Source: Carcharhinus longimanus (Eukaryota). Taken from it: a stretch of 64,000 bases of DNA. Position numbers and translations under genes: made by a program. Location: positions 21,469,147 through 21,533,146 of the forward strand of contig JASCQW010000098.1 of assembly GCA_030264375.1 (NCBI GenBank), in the 5' to 3' direction. A model generated the notes under the pieces. It was not told where the DNA came from, made no database searches, and saw nothing but the letters and a program-made list of their open reading frames with translations. Of this stretch, positions 1 through 14,175 are shown piece after piece (position 1 is the first letter of the stretch; each line of letters starts with the position of its first letter).

Positions 1-76
1 TTATTGAATGGCGGGGCAGGCTCGAAGGGCTAGATAGCCTACTCCTGCTCCTATTTCTTATGTTCTTATGTTCTTA
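1..76 (+). mobile_element. 3' tail of CR1/HER1-type LINE
   Basis: gaatggcggggcaggctcgaagggctagatagcctactcctgctcctatttcttatgttcttatg; nearly identical copy at 33954-34026. Confidence 0.8.
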
Positions 77-79
77 TTG

Positions 80-360
80 CACTCAGTCTATGGCAATAAT
101 GTCCCTTCTGTGGTAAGGGGACCAATGCTGCACACAATGCTCCAAGAACCTTAAATAAAGTTCTATACAATTGAAACAAGACTTTTCCACTCTGGTGCTC
201 AAATCATATTCTGATAAAGGCCAGCATACCATTAGCCTTCCTAATTGCTTGCTGCATCAGCATGTTAGTTTTCAGTGACTTATTGATGTGGACAGCCAGG
301 TCCTTTTGAGAATCTCCTCTTTCTAATTTCTTGCCATTTAAGAAATGCTTTGCACATCTG
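80..360 (-). mobile_element. CR1 LINE RT fragment
   Basis: Decayed CR1 RT-region sequence (ataccattagccttcctaattgcttgctgc...), similar to the copy near 35960-36080. Confidence 0.6.
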
Positions 361-1894
361 CTTGAGTACAGACTTCCTCTATGATTCCACTTGAAATGAG
401 CAAGAGAGAGGCAAAAAGCAAGGCAAAATTAAGCACTGTGTTCTTTGCCACCACTTCTGCTTATGATTGTAATTTTCTTTATTTTCTCACTGCTGACACA
501 ACCAATGTTCGTCCCTTCTTCATCGGTCACATATAAATGCCAGCAGGAAGACGCAGTCAGACTTGACTCAAAACTGCTTCTCTCTCCACAGGTGCTGCCA
601 AACATGCTGAGTATTTCCAGCACTTTCTGCTTCAATTTCAGATTTCTAGCATCTGTAGAGATTTGGTTTCAGTTATCTGAACAAGCTTTTACCTTTTCAT
701 CAGGCTGCTGATAACCTGTTAGCAGAAACTGAATGCAAAGAACCTTACATTCCTTGAGATGTGTGTGATCTATGTTAAGGTGAGGCGCACCGCATGCCAA
801 GTGTGGACAAAGATACATCAAAGCACAAACTGAAAAAGCATTCCTTCTGATGAATTGACATGGATGAACAGAAAAGGCTTTATGTTAATGGTGCAGCTAT
901 ATACTATTTTGTTTCACCAGCTTTTTGACAGCAGTGCCTGTAAGGTTCATAGCGTTTGTTATTCCAATCGTGCGGAAAGTTTATTATATGTGGGAATCAG
1001 TGGCAGCGGCATTTCATTACCAATCTGTTACAATTTTAATTTACAATGTGAGCTTTTGAAGCAGGGAGCAAGGTTCAAAATCTAAGCGCTGTGAGAATGA
1101 TGGAAACAACAGCAATTCTGACATTGGAATTGAGCATGTTGATGAGCTGTCTGAAGTCGGGTAAACTGTTTTGTAAGAGCATGAAAAATATAAGAGATAA
1201 TGAGCCCACGCTGGAGTAGTTTGTTTTAGCTTTCACTCATACATCCTGCGTTCTTCCCCTTATTTTCAATGAGGGTGCACAATTCAATGGATCATTATTT
1301 GAAAATCCCTCTATAAATTCATGTTAATTTATGGATCTGTTAAATGATTTATTTATTCGATGCACACTCAGCTAGTCCACTGTTAGAAAGCACAACATCT
1401 GCAGAAGCATACCAGTGGACACGTGTGTTTAATTTTGTTTTAAAATTCTCTGCACTTGCAGCTTCAACCTGAAAACATGTCAATAGCATTTCTCAGGCTC
1501 AATCCTGCATTGTCGTTCTGGTCATTACTGTGAAGCTGCTTCTACCAACTCTTATATGCAAAAGCTGTCTTGGAATAACAAGATGAATCCTATTTGTAAC
1601 TTAGCAGAACCGCCTGAGCAGCATATAATTGTTTCTGCTCTCATTTGTTTCACCGATAAGTAGAAACAGAGAGCAATCCTGGCAGGGTGATGATATCCTC
1701 AAGGTGTCTATTGATGAATGGCACACCGATATCCAATAAATCACAGAACTCAAGGTGTCTTTCAACCAAAGAGGTGAGTCATTCATTAACTTGATTCTAT
1801 CTTTTATTTTCATTTAATGTGAACAGTCTCATACAACTAGAAGTCTCAGATAGATCACTCAGCAATCAAGGGAATGTTATAGCATTGCAAGAGT

Positions 1895-2270
1895 GGGAAG
1901 ATGGTGGGGTAGTGGTAATATCAATAGATGAGTAATCCAAAGGCTCATGCTAAAGCTCCAAGGATTTGGATGCAAATCCCAGCATGACAGCGGATCGAAT
2001 TTAAATTCAATTCATATAGTCTATAAGTGAAAATTAGTCTCAGAAACAGTGGCCATGAAGCTATCATTGATAAAAATTCCATCTGAGGTTCACCAGTGTC
2101 CTTTAGGGAAAGGAATCTATCATCTCTACCTGCTGTGGCCTACAGCTGACTCTAGATCCACGCTGATGTGATTGACCTAGATCTACACCAGTGTGGATTG
2201 GTGTGACTGGCCTAGGAAGCCACTCAGTCCATGGGCAACAATTGCTGTTGTTGCCTGTGATGCCCACTGT
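1895..2270 (+). mobile_element. tRNA-derived SINE, second family
   Basis: gtagtggtaatatc...gtaatccaaaggc...caaatccc head; cctttagggaaaggaatct body. Reverse copies at 2490-2830 and 14176-14400. Confidence 0.7.
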
Positions 2271-2489
2271 GTGTTATCACAGTGAACTTCCATGGAGAAT
2301 GCCTGATTGACCTTCCTGTAGGGCTTGTAGAATACGAGGTCCCTGATGATTGGTAAGTACCTAACCAGGTAGAACTCCTATACTGAGCCTTGTATAAAGC
2401 AGACCTCTGAGAGGGCCTGTTATTGTATTTCTCCCATTGCCATCTGTTTGTGTTTATTACAGGCTTGTGGTTTTGCTTTACTTTTTTTA

Positions 2490-2830
2490 TTAATTTGTGG
2501 AACATGGGTGTTGTTGGCTGGACAACATTTATTGTTCATCATTAGTTGGCTTTGTTCAGAAGGCAGTCAACCATATTGCCGTGGCTCTGGAGTCACATGT
2601 AGGTCAGACCAGGTAAGGACGGCAGATTTCTCTCCTTAAAGGACATCAGAGAAACAGATGGATTTTTCCGACAATCAACAGTGATTTCATGGTCATCTGT
2701 AGATTCTTAATTCCAGATACTTTTCAGGGAATTCAAATTCCACCATCTGCCATGGCAGGATTCAAACCCAAGTCTTCAGAATAAGAGCTGAATTTCTGGA
2801 TTAATAACTTAGTGATAATATCACTAGGCC
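2490..2830 (-). mobile_element. tRNA-derived SINE, same family as 1895-2270
   Basis: Reverse-complement similarity: ggagtcacatgtaggtcagaccaggtaaggacggcagattt...ggattcaaaccc. Confidence 0.75.
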
Positions 2831-4439
2831 TTTGTCTGCTCCTTTGTCTTGTGCAGAAAAGCACCATTCCTTTACAGCTGACTCCGGGAGTTATTATATG
2901 CACATGCCATGACAGAATGAAAAAAAATACCCATCCCATGTCTCAGTGGGATCCAAATTCAGAAAATGGAATGACATCCTTTGCATGTGTTTAGTCAAAA
3001 ATAACCCAGCAGTTTCACTTGCAATGAGCAAGACATAAAAGAACAATTCAATGATAAGTGTATGAAATCAATATATTATCATGTTCCAATCATGTAAACA
3101 GAACTCCTACAAAATGGAACTCACATAAAATCATTGGTGCATCTGGTATCTTAAATATTAGTCAATCAAATCTATCAGAGGAACAAAGCAACCACTAATA
3201 AGGCAATTGTAGCCCACATTGCCAGAGACTTTTGACAGTATTATTTAATTGTAATCATATTTTGACATTTGTGGTTCTCAAATTATTAGTACTAATATTA
3301 AATACCAGTAAAGTCCTGTGATCTTGTTGGGGGCCTGTGTGTGATGACTAAATTGGAGCTGTCCATTGTGATTTATCTTCCTGGTAGCACACGGTGCAGT
3401 GACAGCCTTGATGTGTTCATCTTTTATCTTTCATATCTAAAGATAGAGCAGAGGAAGCTTTTCAATTCAGATTTTCTTTCTCTTCTAATCGCTCCCTTAC
3501 TGCTGGCCTTCTGAAAGTGGCAACTTATTGTAGTGATCATTAGCAACTTTCAATACCTAACCCAAGTAAAGAATAGGCAAAGGGTGCGAGTGGACTATTC
3601 ATTCTACTGTGCTATAGACTGATCTTCTTAAACAGCCTTTTGTGTGCACTAATTGAGTAGTAATAAGGAGCAAAAAAAAAGCTGCCCGAATTTTCACTTC
3701 CTCCATTATGTGGTAACATTTCTTAGAGGCTGGATAATTTCACAGTTATTCAATTTAATGGTTAGAAAATTGGCAGTGCTTTAAAGTAGGTACTAGACCA
3801 CTGTGACTGATTCTCTAATCGGCACTCCTGCTGAGTAAGACTCCTGTCAGGCACAGAATTCCTGCCAATTTGTCTGCTATCTCCAGTTACAGCACATTTT
3901 CAGCATTCTTGTTCAGAGTTGTGAAGAGCACACTGCTGGGACCTTGCTGATTTGCAGGATTTAAAGGCCGCATATCGGTTGTTGGTTGTGGTGTTGATAT
4001 TATTAATGGCTCAGATCACAACAACCATTGTGTTTACCCATTAAGTCATTGAGGCACTGATGAAACAGCAACAACTTAGATTTTCATAGTGCCTTTGATG
4101 GAGTAAAATGTTACAAGACGCTTCACAACTGTTTCCGATCAGCTGTGGCCGGTAGAAGAATCTGGCGGTATACTTTTAATTCTAATTATAACATTCTAGA
4201 AAAGTGAAAGATTATGCTGCAAAGCTTTATATGTGCAAATTAGGTTTCTCCATTAAAAATGAATATATGCACCAAATATAACATTGATACTTGTGAGTAC
4301 GATTCGGCTGGTTGAATTTGTTTTAGTTTTAATGCCGGAAGATGAAATCAAATTACTTTTCACAATTTTTGACCTTCTCTTTCACTCCTTACTGAGGATT
4401 TTCCACAGAAGCCAATTGCCTTTGACTTTGCTTACTTAA

Positions 4440-5740
4440 GTGACCAGTAATCATCCTATATCTTGACACTGAGATTTGGCATGCTGGTTACAGTTGGGTA
4501 AACTAGTGTGTGTGCCAATTTTCCAGAGGGTGAGGTTCCAGATGAGTTGTGCTTCAGAAGACAGAAATGAGGGTTTAGATGGAGAACTATGCAGGGGAAT
4601 GCTGATAGGGATGCTTGCCAAAGAACCTGTCAAGGATCATTGAGGACTCCAGCTTTAGCATGGCTTAGGACTTTGTGCGTGGTAGCATGGTAGTAGCTCA
4701 AATCTCTATGAAAGCATCTTCTGGTGGTCAGTATCTCAGTTTCCTTTGCAATACAAGCAGGAGCCACCAATATCTGAGGACTTCTGTTGATGCTGATGTT
4801 GAGATTGATCCTTATTGCCATGCACGTACATCTTGAGACTGTGTAGGCTCAGACTGCTTCCATCATGGCTGTGGATATCATTCCTCAAAGCAGAGTGGAG
4901 TCTTTTGCAGGAGTCCAATAATTGGAATTTCTGCAGATTACTGCAATGTCTAAGATGTAATGGCATTAAAGGTAAAGACGTCTACTTTGTAATTCAAAAT
5001 GTTGTTGGATTAACTTATTATGGATTTTCTCTTCATGTCTGTTATACCAGGATTTTGGTCTAAAAGATGCTGTGATGGTATGTAGCAGAGGAATGGAAAG
5101 ATGGGTAATTCTTAAGTAATGGCACTCGGGGAACTGGAGACTGCTTCGCCACTCATGGACAATCCCTCCAGAGCACTGGCATCCTGAATGCCCCTTTCTC
5201 CCTCCTCTACCTCTTTTTGCTGTTCTTCCCCCTCATCGTATTTCTGAAATGCTCGGTAGCAAAGGCTGCACTTTGTGGAGGATGCAGCAACCACAAATTT
5301 AAAATACTTCCCTGTGAGTATTGAAGCAGTCCAGGTCATGGAACATTCTTTAAGAAGGGCAGTGGTTTGTTCCATGATGTTCCAGGTGACAGAATAGCAC
5401 TTATTGTCAATGGTTGGCCTGCTGTGGTCAGATAGATGAGTGGAGTCATGATCCATGTTTAGGGAGGGTTGTTCGAGTCACCAAACAACTGAGGCCTGTT
5501 GTAGTAGTGTGGAATGGGGGGGAAGTGAGTGCGGTGGGGGGGAACATTGTGAGTAGAGAGGGAGTTGTCTAGTACAGCACCAAGGCTCAGTGATGTCACT
5601 ATCTGCAACACTATGCATACTCCCAGCACATGGAAGGCACCTTTCTCCTTCCAAGCATAGCTCACAGTGCAGGCTAAAAGTGGCCAGAAGCTGAACAGTG
5701 TCTATTATTAGCACCTCTGAGCTCCTGAAACACCAACATA
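4440..5740. mobile_element. Decayed PIF/Harbinger transposon (HARBI1-like transposase C-terminus on - strand)
   Basis: ORF 5112-5456(-) has remnants like TWNIMEQTTALLK followed by an acidic tail, resembling the Harbinger transposase TRxxIEQxxGxLK region. Confidence 0.5.
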
Positions 5741-5744
5741 AATG

Positions 5745-6652
5745 AGAATGTCATTTCTGGCGAGAAAAACAATGTGCTTCTCTCCAGAGAAACAGGTCGG
5801 TTTTCTCTCCAGATCTTACCACAGTCTGTCAAAGTAATGGGGGGTGGGGGGGCAGGGAAGCCTGAACAAGTCGGCACAGCCCGACTGCACTGAGATCAGG
5901 ATGCCATGTTTAAAGGGCACCCTGAGCAGAGGGAAACATCACCTCCCCTTCTACTACACCATGGAGGTCTCAGGGCTCCACCCTGTGATCAGAGCAGGCA
6001 TCCGTTCCCACCCTCCCACGTTTGGGGCCAGCTTCCAACACCCCCCCCCAACAACCAGTCAATGCTGGCAATTCTCCCAACCCCCAAAAACAGTCAANNN
6101 NNNNNNNNNNNNNNNNNNNNNNNNNNNNNNNNNNNNNNNNNNNNNNNNNNNNNNNNNNNNNNNNNNNNNNNNNNNNNNNNNNNNNNNNNNNNNNNNNNNN
6201 NNNNNNNNNNNNNNNNNNNNNNNNNNNNNNNNNNNNNNNNNNNNNNNNNNNNNNNNNNNNNNNNNNNNNNNNNNNNNNNNNNNNNNNNNNNNNNNNNNNN
6301 NNNNNNNNNNNNNNNNNNNNNNNNNNNNNNNNNNNNNNNNNNNNNNNNNNNNNNNNNNNNNNNNNNNNNNNNNNNNNNNNNNNNNNNNNNNNNNNNNNNN
6401 NNNNNNNNNNNNNNNNNNNNNNNNNNNNNNNNNNNNNNNGACCTCCTGCTTTCCCACCCAACCCCCTTCCTCGAACAGTCAATGCTTGGCAGATGCCCAT
6501 TATGGCGTGAACCTGATTATGTCGCTGGTGAGGGGCAGCGAGAATTGAAAATTATGATCGCACCAGCGAGATTCGCTTTTTCCTGGTTTCATCTGATCTT
6601 CAGCCCCTGCCGCCATTCCCATCGATGACAAGAGTAGGCTCAAGATCCTGTC
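5745..6652. mobile_element. Non-autonomous Harbinger-like element, GC-rich core containing an N gap
   Basis: Shares C-rich internal repeats and terminal motifs with 23470-24480 and 28485-29545. Confidence 0.45.
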
Positions 6653-6659
6653 CATTGCA

Positions 6660-7800
6660 GCAAGTAGAATCTATAAAGGTGAACCAGTAAATGTAATGTA
6701 TTTGGATTTTCAAAAATAACACATTCAATCAGATGCCGCATAAGAGGTTATTACACAAAATTAGGGCTCATGGGATTGGCAGCAGTAAGTTTGCATGAAT
6801 TGAACATGGGTTAATGGACAGAAATCAGAGAATATGAATGTGTAATTTGCAGATTGACAAGTCTTTAATCTGGGAGGAATGGCTAGAGTGTGCTTGGGCC
6901 TCAGGTATTTCTGATTTACATCAATGATTGTAATGAAGCAACCTGGTACAATATATCCAAGTTTGCTGAAATTAAGCCGTGATAAAGAAGCAAAGAGTTT
7001 GCCGAAAACTTAAGGCAGGTAAGTGAGCAGACAATAACATCATGGATTATAATGTGGAAAAATATGAGATTTTGCACTTTGGAAGGAAAAGTTGAAATAT
7101 AGATGTGACCTGATTAGCCATTCATGCCACGCTCCCGCTGCAGCGAAGTTGGAGAATTTCGCACCCAGCCAAATCTCCATTCTCTGCAGTGGGATGGGAA
7201 AATTCCACCGGCATGAACAGCCATAACATTCCGGCCTCAAAATATTTTTTAAATGGTGAGAATCTGGGAAATGTTGGCATAGAGAGAGATATGGGAGTCC
7301 TTGTACATAAAATACAGAATGTTAGCATGGTTGTACAAGAACAATTAGGGAAGCAAATTGAGTGTTTGTTACAGAGGTTGAAGCATACAAGTAAAAAGTC
7401 ATACTGCCATTTTATAAGGCTTTAGTGAGACCACAACCAATGGAATGTGTACTATTTTGGTTTTCTTAATTTTGCTTCAGGTTGACAAGATTCATGCGAT
7501 GAAAGATTATACAGTGCTGAAGGGTATTGGTATATCTTCCTTAGAGTTTAGAAGAAGGGCTTAGAATAAGCAATCTCATTGAAGTATGGGAAATTTATGT
7601 GGGCTTGACAAAGTAGGTCTGGGTGGATGTTTCCTCTGGCTGGCAATTCTGGAACTAAGGATCACTACCTCAAAATTAGGGTTATGGCATTTAGGACTGT
7701 GACGAGGAGAATTCTTTTCACCAAAAAGGGTTGCATATCCTTGAAATTCTCTAGCCCAGAATGTTATGAACCTTTAGCTGTTGAAAATATTCAAGATAGA
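6660..7800 (+). mobile_element. CR1 LINE ORF2 (RT) fragment with a MITE inserted at ~7105-7237
   Basis: Decayed VxYLDFQK, KIRAHGIG and ERDMGVLVHK motifs; 3' region MFPLAGNSGTKDHYLKIR. Confidence 0.85.
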
Positions 7801-8975
7801 GACAAACCTTACAAGAAAATAACAAGGATGGTCAATAAGGATAATGAATCTGATGTAGCCTACATGGATTTTAAAAAGGCTTTAGACTGGTCCACATGAC
7901 AACCATGTCAGAAAAGTAAAGGCCAATGGTATATAGGGGAAAATAGTGAGTTGGATCCAAAGTGGCAAGAAGGAAAAAGTAAGCAACAGATGATTTTGTG
8001 ACTGCAAGGTTGTTTTGAATGTAACATTTTGTGACTGTAAGGTTGTTTTAACTGGGCTCCTCACCTCTTATACATCAATAATTTGTACTTAAATGTAGAG
8101 AGGTTGACTAAAAATCTGCAGATGATGCAAAAACTGACCGTGTGATTTATAGTGAGGAAGAAAGCTGAAGGCTGCAAGAACCTATCCATGGAAAGTCAGG
8201 AGATCAGAGCAAAAATAAGAGGAAATTAATCTGCAGAAGTATGTGCTAATGCATGTGGGGAAGGCAAACATGGCAATGGAATATACAATGCATGATAGAC
8301 TTCCAAGAAGTGTAGAGGAATAGAGAAATTTGTAGCACATGTTCACAGGTCCCTGAAGGTATTGGGAGAGTTGAATAAGATGTATAAACCAGCACATGTG
8401 ATGCATTTCCTTATTAGCAAGGCATAGAATATAGGAGCAGGGATTGTGTTAGTACTGTATTAAACACTAGTTACGCCATAGCTAGAACACTGTATACTGT
8501 TCTGATCACTATATTACAGGCATCATGTGATTGCGCTGGAGAGGGCATAGGTATTATTTATAAGGATGTTACCAAGATAGAAGAATATTCACCATGATAA
8601 AAGACTGAAAAGGCCCAGGTTATTTGCATTGAAAGAGAGGTTGTTGAGGGAAAATTTACTTGAGGTATGTTAATTATGAATACCCCAGACAGTGTGGATA
8701 GGAACGACCTATTTTCCTTAGCAGGAAGTTCAATAACCAAAAAGGCATAGATTTAAAGTAATTGACAGAATAATTAAAGGACAGTTGAGGAGAAACTTTT
8801 TATTGCCATTGCCTGAAAAGGTAGTAGAGGCACCATGGCTTCCTGGTATGCACTTGAAATGGTATGACCTACAGGCCAAGAACTGGAAAGTAACTTTAGG
8901 CTAGATAGCTTTTTTGGCTGGTTTAGACATGATGGGCTGATTGGCTTCCTTCTCTACGCAGAGCTTCTATGTTTC
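7800..8975 (+). mobile_element. Second CR1 LINE ORF2 fragment with 3' tail
   Basis: DVAYMDFKKA, ADDAK and gatgggctgattggcttccttct tail; a 33-bp tandem duplication at ~7992-8050. Confidence 0.85.
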
Positions 8976-11900
8976 AGTGATAGTTTTATTTTGTATTCTA
9001 TGGTGGTCAAGTGGTATATGGAAGCACAGGAGGGTGTAGCTGAGGTAAAAAATCAATATGATCTCCCCCATCCTTATTGCCTGCACTGGTGTGTGTTGCA
9101 AGGATTGGAAGATTGATGGTTGTATTATGAACACACACCTTCCTTGGCTATCCAGGCATGGGGTGAGACTTAATCTGGGACCATCTGACTCAGAGACAGA
9201 ACTTAATTCACTGCACCATAAGACGTTCCTCAGAAGTTATGTAAGGTCAAATTACTTGCAACACCATTTCAAAGCTAACAACTAACAAAACCCACCAGAG
9301 TTGTTTTAGTTTGTAGAAGCATAATTATTGTCCATTAATTCCCTGTCATTTGCAACACTGACCATATGCCATCAGAGTAAACTATTGATCATTCTGTCAT
9401 TGAATCTAATTATACTGAATTCAATTCAAAGATAGTACCCTGGTCAAATGGATCATATTCCAGTATTTATTACTTGCCAATTAATCCTCTGAAGTATCGT
9501 AATTAGTTAGAATTTTGACTACCATGCTTACTTTATTAATTTAAATGTTTTCTTCAATTGGCATTTTTAAAGACTTGCAGCATCTTGCCTACTTGTTTTG
9601 TATAGATTCCAGTTGAGATATTTTCTACAAACGTAGTCACTCTGCAGTTCATTTTGTCTTCCTACAGTCATATTTAAAGGTACTAGTGCTGAACACTATT
9701 TCAACCGAAAAGTTGATCAGTTGATCAAGCCAGCCCTGTATATTTCCAATAAGATATACATTGAGAAATTATCCCTCAGTATTAACAGGTTTCCCATAGC
9801 ATTATTCACAGTAAATTGGATGAAGTACAGTTCTTTAAAGACAGCACCATTACACCATGCAATGCACAATATCTGATTTTGGCACTGAGGTATACCTATA
9901 TTGAACAAGGTCTATCCCTTTAAAGACTTATTATGATAAGTAAACAGATTTGATTTTATGAGGGGACTATGATCTGAAAAGTATCTGTCAATTGCAAGCT
10001 GTAGCTTATGTTTAAAGATTGTTTGCAGCAGTAAGAAAGTATTGTGTCTGCAATGTGACATCTGCGCACCTTATAAATACCCACCTGATTTGGCTATGGT
10101 TTTCCAGTGCAATACAATCTGGCAAATGGGCAGGGCTTGGATTCGATGGGTGAGATCTTCCAACCGTGCTCACCCCAAAACCAGAAGATCCTACCTGAAC
10201 TCTCTATCCCGTGGTATGCAGGACAGAAAAATTCCCCCATTAAGTTTTCAACATTGGTTGCATTCACCAAGATTTCTTTTGTAAATAGCAGTTCCTACCC
10301 TGTCTCTTCATGCAGACATACAGGAATGATAGAATAAAAGCAGGACAGTGTTACCTATTCATGACTGAACACGCCTGATTTGTTGCCAACCTAACAAACA
10401 CATTCCAGCAGGGACGACACCTTGCAATAGTCAAAAATAAATTTTACTGGAAGAAAATCATGAGTTAGTTCTTTGAGCCCATGCAATAGTTTATAATTTG
10501 GGCTTTGTGGGTCCTATCTGGATGTTTTATGTTTTATGATTCTTGATTGGTCATCCAATTCAAAGTTACTGAGACAAACCCTAAAGTTTTTGATCGGTCT
10601 TCACATTTGATGCAACATGGGTTTTGCAATGGGCATTCTTCAGTTTTGTGTGGTAAATGGAAAAAGCGCAAAAGCAAAAAGTCATGATTGATGACATTCC
10701 ATTGCAGAAGATGAGACCTACTTGATGAGTAAGAGTTTACAGTGTTTTGCACTTTATCCCATCAGATGACATGCAAGAGGAGACTTTACCTATCTCATGT
10801 AACTTTCAATGGAAATTGCAGTCAGACAGATTGCAAAGTGAAAGTTTTTCTCTAAATTCATGCACGGGATTTGGGCTTTGCTGGCTAGATCAGTGTTGAA
10901 GCTTTTCTCCAGAGACTAACCATTAAGCTGGTTTTTGCTTCTTAGCTATGGGGGATTTCCCTTCTTAACTGTGGCTCAACTAATACAAAGACTCATGGAG
11001 ACGGTATTCTGGATAAAGGTGTTCCTTTATTTCCCAAGCCTGGTTCAACGTAGTGAGGGAGAGCAGCTTTGCTGGGGATCCAAAACCATTCTAAAAGTAC
11101 ATCACTTACAGTATAACAATCATACAATTTTCAAAAGTCATTTGTCCACCCTCTCTGATCATTCCACCAGAGTTTGAGTTAATCATTATCAGCATGGGTT
11201 ATTCACCATGACCAATAACATTAACTCTCTGACAACATAGAACTACATGAATTCATGGGCTTTGAAAGCTTTTTCACAGTCTCCTAGCAACTTATTACCA
11301 GGAAACTGTATGTCCAATTCATTAACTGTCTGGGATTGTGAGGACTGTCTGGAGTCAACACTAACAAGAGCTACACTCAGTAGCTGTATTGTTCCAAAGA
11401 ATGTGGTTCTTTTTACTTAACTACATCCCATCATGCTTTTGAGCATTGTGCCATTGACGAAGATATAAGCTTTTAATACAGAATATTCAGAAATACGTGT
11501 CTAAATTCTCTAACAGTGGTTATATGTGTCTGTATGCAAACAGGTATCTTTGTAAGCTATATTCCAGGCATTTTGTGACTTCACTCAAAATTAGTCTACT
11601 GTGATTCATTAGTATTTTAGCCTCAGGTTATTCTGAGTCCCATCTTACAGTATTTATTGTCCATCCTTAATTGCCATTGAGAATGTGGTAGTGAGCTGCC
11701 TGCTTGAATCACTGCAGTCTAAGTAACGAAGGTACACCCATAGCACTGTTAGGGAGGCAGTTCCAGGATATGGACCCAGTGACAATGAAGGATTGGCAAT
11801 ATAATTCAAAGTCAGGATGGTGAATGATGACAGTAATCAATATTTTCCCACTGGATCCTTTTCAAAGGGCCATGGAAAATTTCACAAACAGCGGTTAGTT

Positions 11901-12782
11901 TGCTTTCCATTGCTTCATTCATCAGATATTTGGCCAGAATTTCACTGGCAAGCTCACCCCAATTCCAGGAGAACGGCATTCTCCATTGGCCTTGGGCAGC
12001 ATTGCATGGACGTCGGGCGGAAGTGCTGGTAAAATTCTGCCCCTTAAGTCCTGTTTCTTTGTGTGCAGTGAAATTTATGCCCTTTGCACTGATTTTCCAT
12101 TGGACTTGCAGCAACATTATGGTGAACAGACTGAGGATTTTCAGACACTGATATTTACTTTCTCAGGGAAAGAAAAGGAATGGATAAAAGGTTCCATGAA
12201 AAGATACTTAGAGGTTGGATATATCACCATTCTCAGTTTTACAATGTTTGCCTGGGAGATTCATTGGACATGTAAAAATATAAAAACTAATGGTTGGATT
12301 TTACTTATAGTTAATACATAAAGCTGAGCAGTAAGTTCATGCTGTTGTGCCATTTTATTATTATTAGCAAATCTCTCATGATGCTCCTCATGATGTGATA
12401 AAACGTATGCTCCTTGTTGCATCAGAGTTGTTACTGGGTAAAATTTCTCATCTGCTGTGCCCAGGAAATATTCAACTAGCTCATGCAGTAAAATAGGGAC
12501 TAAAATCAAGTGTTAACCAATTAATGCCATTCTATGCTGCCAGAGAATAATCCTGAGAATCCTAACTGGGATATAACTGGGCTTGCACCTGCAATATGTG
12601 TCAGTGCAGAGTGTTCTTTGTATTCTGCCTCAGTCGCCTCATCTTCAGGTTGTGATCTAACCCAACAGTGAAGAAACGTAGGTCAGAATTTTACATGCCT
12701 GGGCCAGGCATCTACCCAACCCTGAAGTGTGTAAAATTCATGAGATTGAACCCCAAGGGCATTTCCTGATGTCATCATGCAC

Positions 12783-13060
12783 ACACTGCCACGAATCCGG
12801 CTTCGAATCCCGGCTTGGGTCACTGCCTGTGTGGAGTTTGCATATTCTCCTCGTGTGTGCATGAGTTTTCTCCGGGCACTCTAGTTTCCTCCTAAAGTCC
12901 AAAAGTGTGCGTGTTAGGTTGATTGCCATACTAAATTGACCCTTAGCATCAGGGGATTAATGTAAACATGTGGGATTGCAGGAATAGGGCCAGGGTGGGA
13001 TTGTGGTCAGTGCAGACTCAATGGGCCAAATGGCCTCTTTCTGCATTATCAGAATTTGAT
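12783..13060 (+). mobile_element. HE1-like SINE inserted in a Harbinger-like remnant (12680-13650)
   Basis: ttcgaatcccggcttgggtcactgcctgtgtggagtttgcatattctcc...gggccaaatggcctctttctgca. Confidence 0.85.
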
Positions 13061-14175
13061 AGCACACATGCTTACAAGGTCAGCAGGCATATGTGTAAAT
13101 TGGATGCTTGCCCACCAACAATTAAAGGGCCAGTTAAGGCCATTAAAAACCAACTGATAGCGATTTTACACTGCCCAAGCAATTTTTAGCTGGTGGCACA
13201 TGGAAAATGGGTGGGTGCCCTTAAAATTTTTGCATTTCCTCATCTACGAGCAGGAGTAGCAGCAGTTTCTCTGCGATAAAGTTCAGAGCTGTGTGAGCAT
13301 CACATTTAGAACAAATTTGCAACTTATTTGAGGTGTAACTTTAAGCCCTTCAGGACTTCCCTGGAAAGTTTTCTTCGGGATAGGAGGACAGTAATCCATC
13401 ATTTGCAAGACATTGGTCCTTTGCATCCGATGCAATGATAATAGTCTGCTCTGTTGAAGGGACCTCCTCTGAAAATGCAGAGAGAGGCAGGAGGGAGAGG
13501 AGGTCAGGTGAGAGAACACAGCATCTTAGGCAGGGACTTCGAAGAGGCTCAGTTGGTGCAGGGTCAGCAGAGAATTTGGTGATGATCCTCTCTTTTTCTA
13601 TCTTTCTCCATCTCCAGTATTTGGTTCTTACTTTGGTACAGAGGAAGCTGATAGACATTTGTCATTTGTTTGAACATTTGTTCTACTTATATTTTGTAAA
13701 ATATTTCTACTTAATTTCTACTTAATATTTTGTAAAAATTAAGGCATGACAGGTCAGCTCGGCTGAATGGAATATATATTCTGTGGAAAGTGGGAAGTGT
13801 AACAACCATGGCAACAAAATAAGTTATAGGTTACATTAGATCAAGGGAAGTAGCGTGTTAGGTTGCCAGAAAAACGTTATAAGCCTGAACGTCTGAAGAG
13901 TGGGAGCAATTCAAACTCAGCAAGTTGCGAGAAACGTGAAGGCAGATTGTAAAAGCTTCTTTAGGTATGTGAAAAGGAAAGGATTAGCAAGGGCAAATGT
14001 GGGGTCATTACAGACAGGGATAGTAAATGTTAAAAGTTTATTGAAAAGCAAATTACTGCCGAAGCTGGAATCTGAAACCAAAAGAGAAAATGCTGGAAAA
14101 TCTCAGCAGATCTGGCAGCATCTGTAAGGAGAGAAAAGAGCTGACGTTTCAAGTCTAGATGGCCTTTTGTCAGAG

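Noticed and set aside
429-470. Minus-strand ORF ending SRSGGKEHSA*, resembling the ALX OAR tail (KAKEHSA)
   Set aside because: Lacks the SIAxLRxKA core, upstream residues derive from a repeat, and there is no ALX exon-4 similarity; likely chance.
5844-6628. Long ORFs in the track
   Set aside because: Artefacts of reading through N gaps; the same applies at 20114-21269, 23598-23972, 25369-25742, 28773-29242 and 50576-51133.
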